DNA from: Paramoeba atlantica
Lineage: Eukaryota > Protista > Discosea
Assembly (NCBI GenBank): GCA_977017575.1
Contig: CDRNVI010000052.1
Span: 273,346 to 337,345 of the forward strand
Length of the DNA stretch: 64,000 nt
Direction of reading: 5' to 3'
The notes beneath the pieces are model-generated. The model was not told the DNA's origin, ran no database searches, and was given only the letters and a program-made list of their open reading frames with translations. The position numbers were made by a program, and so were the translations under genes. Positions 58,971 through 64,000 of this stretch are shown in pieces. Numbering within the stretch: the stretch's first letter is position 1; the number at the start of each line of letters is the position of its first letter.

Positions 58971-61546
58971 CATATCCAGGGTTTCTGCCGGTCGGTGAAC
59001 TCGAAGGTGATAATCGTTTCGCGGGAGTGCACATCGTTGCAGCATGGAGAGGGAGATGTTGCTAGTACCCATTTTTCGTAGCCTGCGGAATAAACATTGA
59101 TGTTTCTCAAGTTTTCGGACGAGAAGAGCACTTATCTCTGCACGTTGCCCAATGTAGGCGCCGAGAATTTTGATAGTTTTGTCACACTTGGATACCCCTA
59201 AAGAACTGAGAGCCAATGATTGTTCGTTGTTTTGCTTAGTAGCTTCGTGATCAAACCATTCTGATTTCGAGAAGTTGATATTGAGGCCAATGTCGGACGA
59301 TAATTCACGCAGCTGCAGGAAGGCTGCTTCTAGGGAAAGAAGGTTTTTCGACGACATCGTCACATCATCCATATAGTCGCGGATTTTAACCTCGGGGAAT
59401 AACTCGGCGACTTCCACCAACGCTCCTTGTAGTAGTGCACAAAAGTAAAGAGAGGAAAGCGCAGAGCCTTGCCGTACCCCGGGCGTGCTCTTTATCGTAG
59501 TGTGGAGGCGGTTGTTCGCAAAGAAAAGCAAGTCCGAGGGGTCGCCGTATTCGCAGTAGAACATCCGCATGAATGGTTTGAAAGCGCTGTTTTGCTGCAG
59601 TGCCCGTGCAATGGCCGCTCTTTGTGGAGTGTTATACGCGTTCGAGTAGTCTACTGTCAGGATAGTGTGTCCGGAATCGCGGTCCTTGAGGAGTTCGTGA
59701 ACAATGCTTTCGCACGCGTTTTTCTGTAGGACTCCACGTTGGATGGGATAGAAGAAGCCTTTTAGAGATGCCTCTTGGCGTTGCAACAGAATGGAACCGC
59801 ATATTTTTAGCACTGTATCACCCATCGCGATTGGTCGTGTGCCGTTTTGTGGTTTCGAAAGGGCAATAATTCTACATCGAGTTAATCTGTTGCTTACCGA
59901 TGCGCATACATCACCATTGATGACTTCCCTGAGCATGTGACATAGCGCGGTACAGGATTCGTTGTCGTCGGCTAATAGGCGGAGGATAATCTCACCGAGG
60001 CCTGTCGGCCCCGGGGCCGCTCCATGGGCAAGCTTGCTTATAGCCATCCGGACTTCTTCCAACTCAACCACACCGGCTGGCGGATATTCCGAAGTAGGTG
60101 CAGGGGGCGGGTCGCCAGGAGGGTGTAATTCTTTCAGCCGTCGTACCTTGTCGTCCAAACTTAGTGAGGAGTCGAGATAGACGTTGTCCAGAACCCTGGT
60201 TGCTTTGCCAAGGTTCCCTGCGCGAGCTGCCTTTAGAGCGTTCCGGGTTGAGCGCCGGTCAATTTCGAGTTCCTTCTATTCTTCTTCGGTCAGATTGTCC
60301 ACTGCTTCGGGTTTCGCGTTCTTTGGCAAGTGTGGTACACTTTCGCGTCGACGTATAGCTTTCCGGACTGTGAGTAGCGAATCGCGGGGCGCGTTCAGAA
60401 ATTTATGCCAGACTGCTTCCTTCTCCGATGTCAGTTCTAGTCTTGGATAGTGTTTGATGATGGAACGGAAAATGGCAACTACGTGCACAGAGAAAGCCGA
60501 GTCAATTTGCGCGAAAGGCGGTAGCGGTTCTAAATCAACTCCGTGGTCAACTTCTTCAGCATCACCTGCTGCACTCTCCATGGTTTGAGGTTCGTACCTA
60601 GGGACTCGGTGGAGTTTCGTGGCTTCAATGCTGAGGATCCTGATCTTGGGCGAATGAGGCAAATAAAGATTTCCTGAGGGACCTGTCGCCCCGGGGGCGG
60701 GCTTGTACGAGAGATTGATGCTCAGTGTTTTCTTTCTCACCTTCCGTGAGACAACTTCGCCGATCGAATCGTAAACCAAGTTCTGGGAGCTGCGGAAAGA
60801 CCATCCAAAAAAAAAAGGGGAAGACCATCGTACGCTGCATTCGGTGCCTTTTCCCCAGTTCGAGATTTAGTCGACGACGTAGTCTGGGGATATGGGGGAA
60901 TTTTCTTCCGTGACGGTTTCCGCACCAGCTCTATCATAATCAGCGTCGGCCTCCGTGTCCAACTTGGGGAAGTGGCGCGGCAATGTTTCTTTGGCAGAGG
61001 GTTTCTGTTCATCGCACCGCTTTTTTGACATGGATTTATGAGCTTGTGATTCTTTCTTCGAGTGGGCGTTCGGGCCGTTTGTGAGTTGGCAGGGGTTATG
61101 AACAAAGGATCTTCGTTCGTTTTTCAGTGCGTAGCTCGCTTTATCTTGGGAAAGCGAGATCTTGGCAGGTTCATGACGTTGGGCCTCACGGCTCTGGGAG
61201 GCTTTCCGTGGCGGATCGCGCTTCTCGCTTTCGGAGCCGGATGATTCGCCTTCCTGTTTCCCTTGAATCAAACGGCGCCAGGTTGGACGTCGATGCTTTT
61301 TTTGCGTCTACCAAAGCCGATATCGTCTAGCGTTTCAACAACTATGGGTCCGGAACTTCGGTTGTGTGGTTTGGATGACTTTCGGGCTTCGCTTTCGAGG
61401 CGCTCCTTCGATGTTGTATCTGGCTCCGTGGGCTTTTCTTCGGCCTGTACAAAGGTGAATACTGGTGCACTTGTCTGTGAAGTTTCGCTGTGGATGACTA
61501 GAACTCGCTGCTGCATAAAGGTTGAGAGTAGTAGGAAAAAAAAATT

Positions 61547-61578
61547 CAACAAGGTACAGAAACTGTATCCTTATCGTT
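61547..61578 (-). other. Spliced-leader exon-like sequence (1 mismatch) at the 5' end of element 3
   Basis: AACGATAAGGATACAGTTTCTGTACCTTGTTG-AATTTTTTTTCC. Confidence 0.85.
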
Positions 61579-61836
61579 AGCAAGACGATCGGGGTAGCAA
61601 GGCGATGAAGGTCGGTGGCCTGAGACTCTACCCTAACGGTTGGCGCTGCAGAGCCCTCCGTGTCTTCTTCTTCTTCTTCTTCTCTTCTTCTTCTGGCTTT
61701 GCTAGTGGTTGGGCATGGTGGAATTGTTGGGCTTCGCAAATTGCTTCCCACCAATATCACGTGCTGTAACCGTAACTTTGGCCCTATGATGACCAAATTG
61801 TCGCCTACTATGCATCTTCCTCTCAAGTTGAACCCA

Positions 61837-62216
61837 AAAAAATCCAAATCATTCCGGATTGCTCCGGATGGTCACTGGCAAGCCAGACCCTTCACAGACA
61901 GATTTGGAAGTTCCGAAGCCGACGTCCTCTACCAGTTTCCGCTTGTCCAAGGTGGCACCAACGTGCTGTTACCAACACGCTGCGTCGACGAACTGTACGT
62001 CAACACGGCTTACCCAAGAGGTGTAAGCCGGGTAAGGGAGCTGGTTCCCCGAGGGGAGGGTCCGGGACGGTCCTCCGAGTACTGGGCCTATTCGGTTATC
62101 AGCCCAGCCTCTTAGATTGAGGCCGCCGGGAATATTGCGATGAGCGGGTTTGAACTCGCCGTCTGAGCACCATGTGCTTCAAACTTTGAATTCTTGCCAC
62201 TCCGCCACCTCCGCAA
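61837..62216 (-). mobile_element. SINE S2 full copy, 12-bp TSD AAGTTGAACCCA
   Basis: TSD at 61825-61836 and 62217-62228. Confidence 0.9.
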
Positions 62217-62430
62217 AAGTTGAACCCATTTTTCTCTTGAACCCATTTTTAAAAAATGTCAGTGAGGCCTCAAAAAAAAATTTACGCCTCAGACTAAAAT
62301 TCCAGAAATACGCATCATCAACGTGCCGTATGCATTATCAACGTGCCGGATTTATGCATTATCAATGTGCCTCAATTATGCATCATAAATGTGCCGTATG
62401 CAATATCAATGTGCCGCTCAGCATGCAATT

Positions 62431-63290
62431 GCGGTGGTTGTAAAACTACCGCTCTACACTCGATTACTGAAAAAAAAGTGAATAAAAACAGTGAAAATAT
62501 AAAGGGGAGCACAGTAATATAATAGAAAAAAAAATATAAAAGGGGGCTCCGGTTGACCAAAACTGAAAAACAAAATTGAAAAAAATGGGGTGTCCATGGG
62601 GGGGGTCCAGGGGGGGTCCAGGGGGGGGTCATGGTCGAGAAATTTTTTCAAAAAAATTAGTTTTCGAAAAAAAACCGCAGAAAGAGTAGCCGGGGTCTTG
62701 GCGCGCATTTTCCACCCCCCTACCCGGGGGTGACCCCCCCGCGTATCCGCAGGACGGGTCCGCCTAGTTCGGATTTTTTCGGAAAAAGAATTTCAACTTG
62801 GCGAAAAAAATGGCAAAAAAAATATTTTTCCAAAATCGTTTCCCTATTGTATTTTGATAGTTTCGGACCTACACTAGCTTTCTACGGAGTTATTTTCGCA
62901 AGGTATCCCTTCTTCGAACCGTGGTGCGCCACTCAAAATGACCCATTTTTGACTAAAAAAGGTGAAAAAGTATTTTTCGGACCTAAAGGGGCATTTTTGT
63001 GTCGAAAGAATGGCATGGTTGGAGTCGCATTCTCTAACCAATACGTTCGGTAGGCTTCCATTCATGCCTACGAGTGATTTACCACGCGCAAATGTCGGAT
63101 TTAGTGCTCTGACAGCAAAAATATGCGAAAATCACCCCATTTGTACCCGAAATTCGGCTATTTTTGACTATAATCTTTCCGTTTTCCAGGCCAAATTTAA
63201 TAGGCGAATTTATAGGCGAAGCGCGCAGCATGAGTGACTTCTAAGTTGAAAACAACCACCGCGTTTAACGAAGAGCCTAAAAAAGAAATT
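62431..63290 (+). mobile_element. Family A unit (left arm of the 3' foldback deleted)
   Basis: Same 5' hairpin and 3' CAACCACCGCGTTTAACGAAGAGCC. Confidence 0.75.
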
Positions 63291-63773
63291 AAGCTGCACC
63301 TTTATATTGCATAAATTCTGCACCTCTATTTGGCATAAAAGTTGAAAAAAAAAATCGAGCCGATAAATTTTTTTCGAGCCCTTAAAAAAATTTTGACCCC
63401 TTAAAAAATATGATCATTTTTGGTTGGTGTTCGCGAAATTTGAGGTTGACAAGAAATTTTAGGCTCTTAACATTGCCAGAAAATGGAATTAAATAAATTC
63501 ACGTTTCCTCCCGGTGAGGCCCCGGAGTTGCGAGAGGCCACCATACCCCACAACTAGGTCGCTCGCGCGACCCCCGCTAAATAGGGGGGAAGGTGGTAGT
63601 TGTTTTGGGGAATATGAGAGGCCGAACGCACAGAGGGGCCGGCCGGGCCAATGAACCCAGATCTTGTCTACCCGTCTGCTACGGAAACATACGACAACGA
63701 GAACTAGTTTACCTGTCGGGAGTAAAATCCCACCTGTGCTTTTCTTAATTCTCTGATGTACTTACAAGTAATT

Positions 63774-64000
63774 GCGGTGGTTGTAAAACTACCGCTCTAC
63801 ACTCGATTATTGAAAAAGAAGTGAACAAAAACAGTGAAAATATAAAGAGGAACACAGTAATATAATAGAAGAAAAAAATATAAAAGGGGGCTCCGGTGGT
63901 CCAAAACTGAAAAAAAATTTTGAAAAAAATTGGGGGTCCATGGGGGGGGTCCATGGGGGGGGTCCAGGGGGGGGGTCCAGGGGGGGGGTCCAGGGGGGGG
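63774..64000 (+). mobile_element. Family A unit, 5' part, running off the window
   Basis: ATT-GCGGTGGTTGTAAAACTACCGC start and the G-tract. Confidence 0.75.

Larger units (their letters stand above)
57020..61546 (-). mobile_element. Decayed CRE/SLACS-like retrotransposon of a second lineage (element 3), interrupted by SINE S1 and an SL-gene-like segment
   Basis: RT ORF 58908-60158 (GAAPGPTGL, PIAMGDTVLKI, QRGV, VDYSNAYN, GVRQGSALSSLYF, YMDDV); LPQHLGGLGL; endonuclease remnant GEVLYGITVVH; poly(A) at ~57022-57039; SL at 61547-61578. Confidence 0.8.

Overview
Eukaryotic, repeat-dense window with no intact housekeeping gene. The recurrent motif AACGATAAAGATACAGTTTCTGTACCTTGTTG resembles the kinetoplastid/diplonemid spliced-leader (SL) exon, pointing to a euglenozoan. 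Bases 1-~13,000 are an 18-bp satellite (AAAAAGTGATCTTAATAC, ~720 units) with higher-order duplications; the long ORFs called there are artefacts. The remaining 51 kb is a nested mosaic: (1) one 5S rRNA copy; (2) two tRNA-headed SINE-like families with 9-12 bp target-site duplications (TSDs); (3) a decayed APE-RT-RNase H LINE; (4) at least four CRE/SLACS-like RT + restriction-like-endonuclease retrotransposons, three starting exactly at an SL exon; (5) a near-intact ~2,790-codon Helitron-type Rep/PIF1 gene with one frameshift, followed by a small RRM ORF; (6) two related families of hairpin-ended non-coding units tied to the Helitrons; (7) pogo-like transposase fragments. Three observations stand out. 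An SL-headed CRE element sits inside another retrotransposon with its own TSD, so the SL appears to travel with the element. The Helitron gene is bracketed by direct repeats whose collapse would give the ~900-bp 'solo' hairpin units. Short 18-bp repeat seeds sit at insertion junctions and inside a SINE. All family assignments rest on motif recognition by eye; no database search was run.
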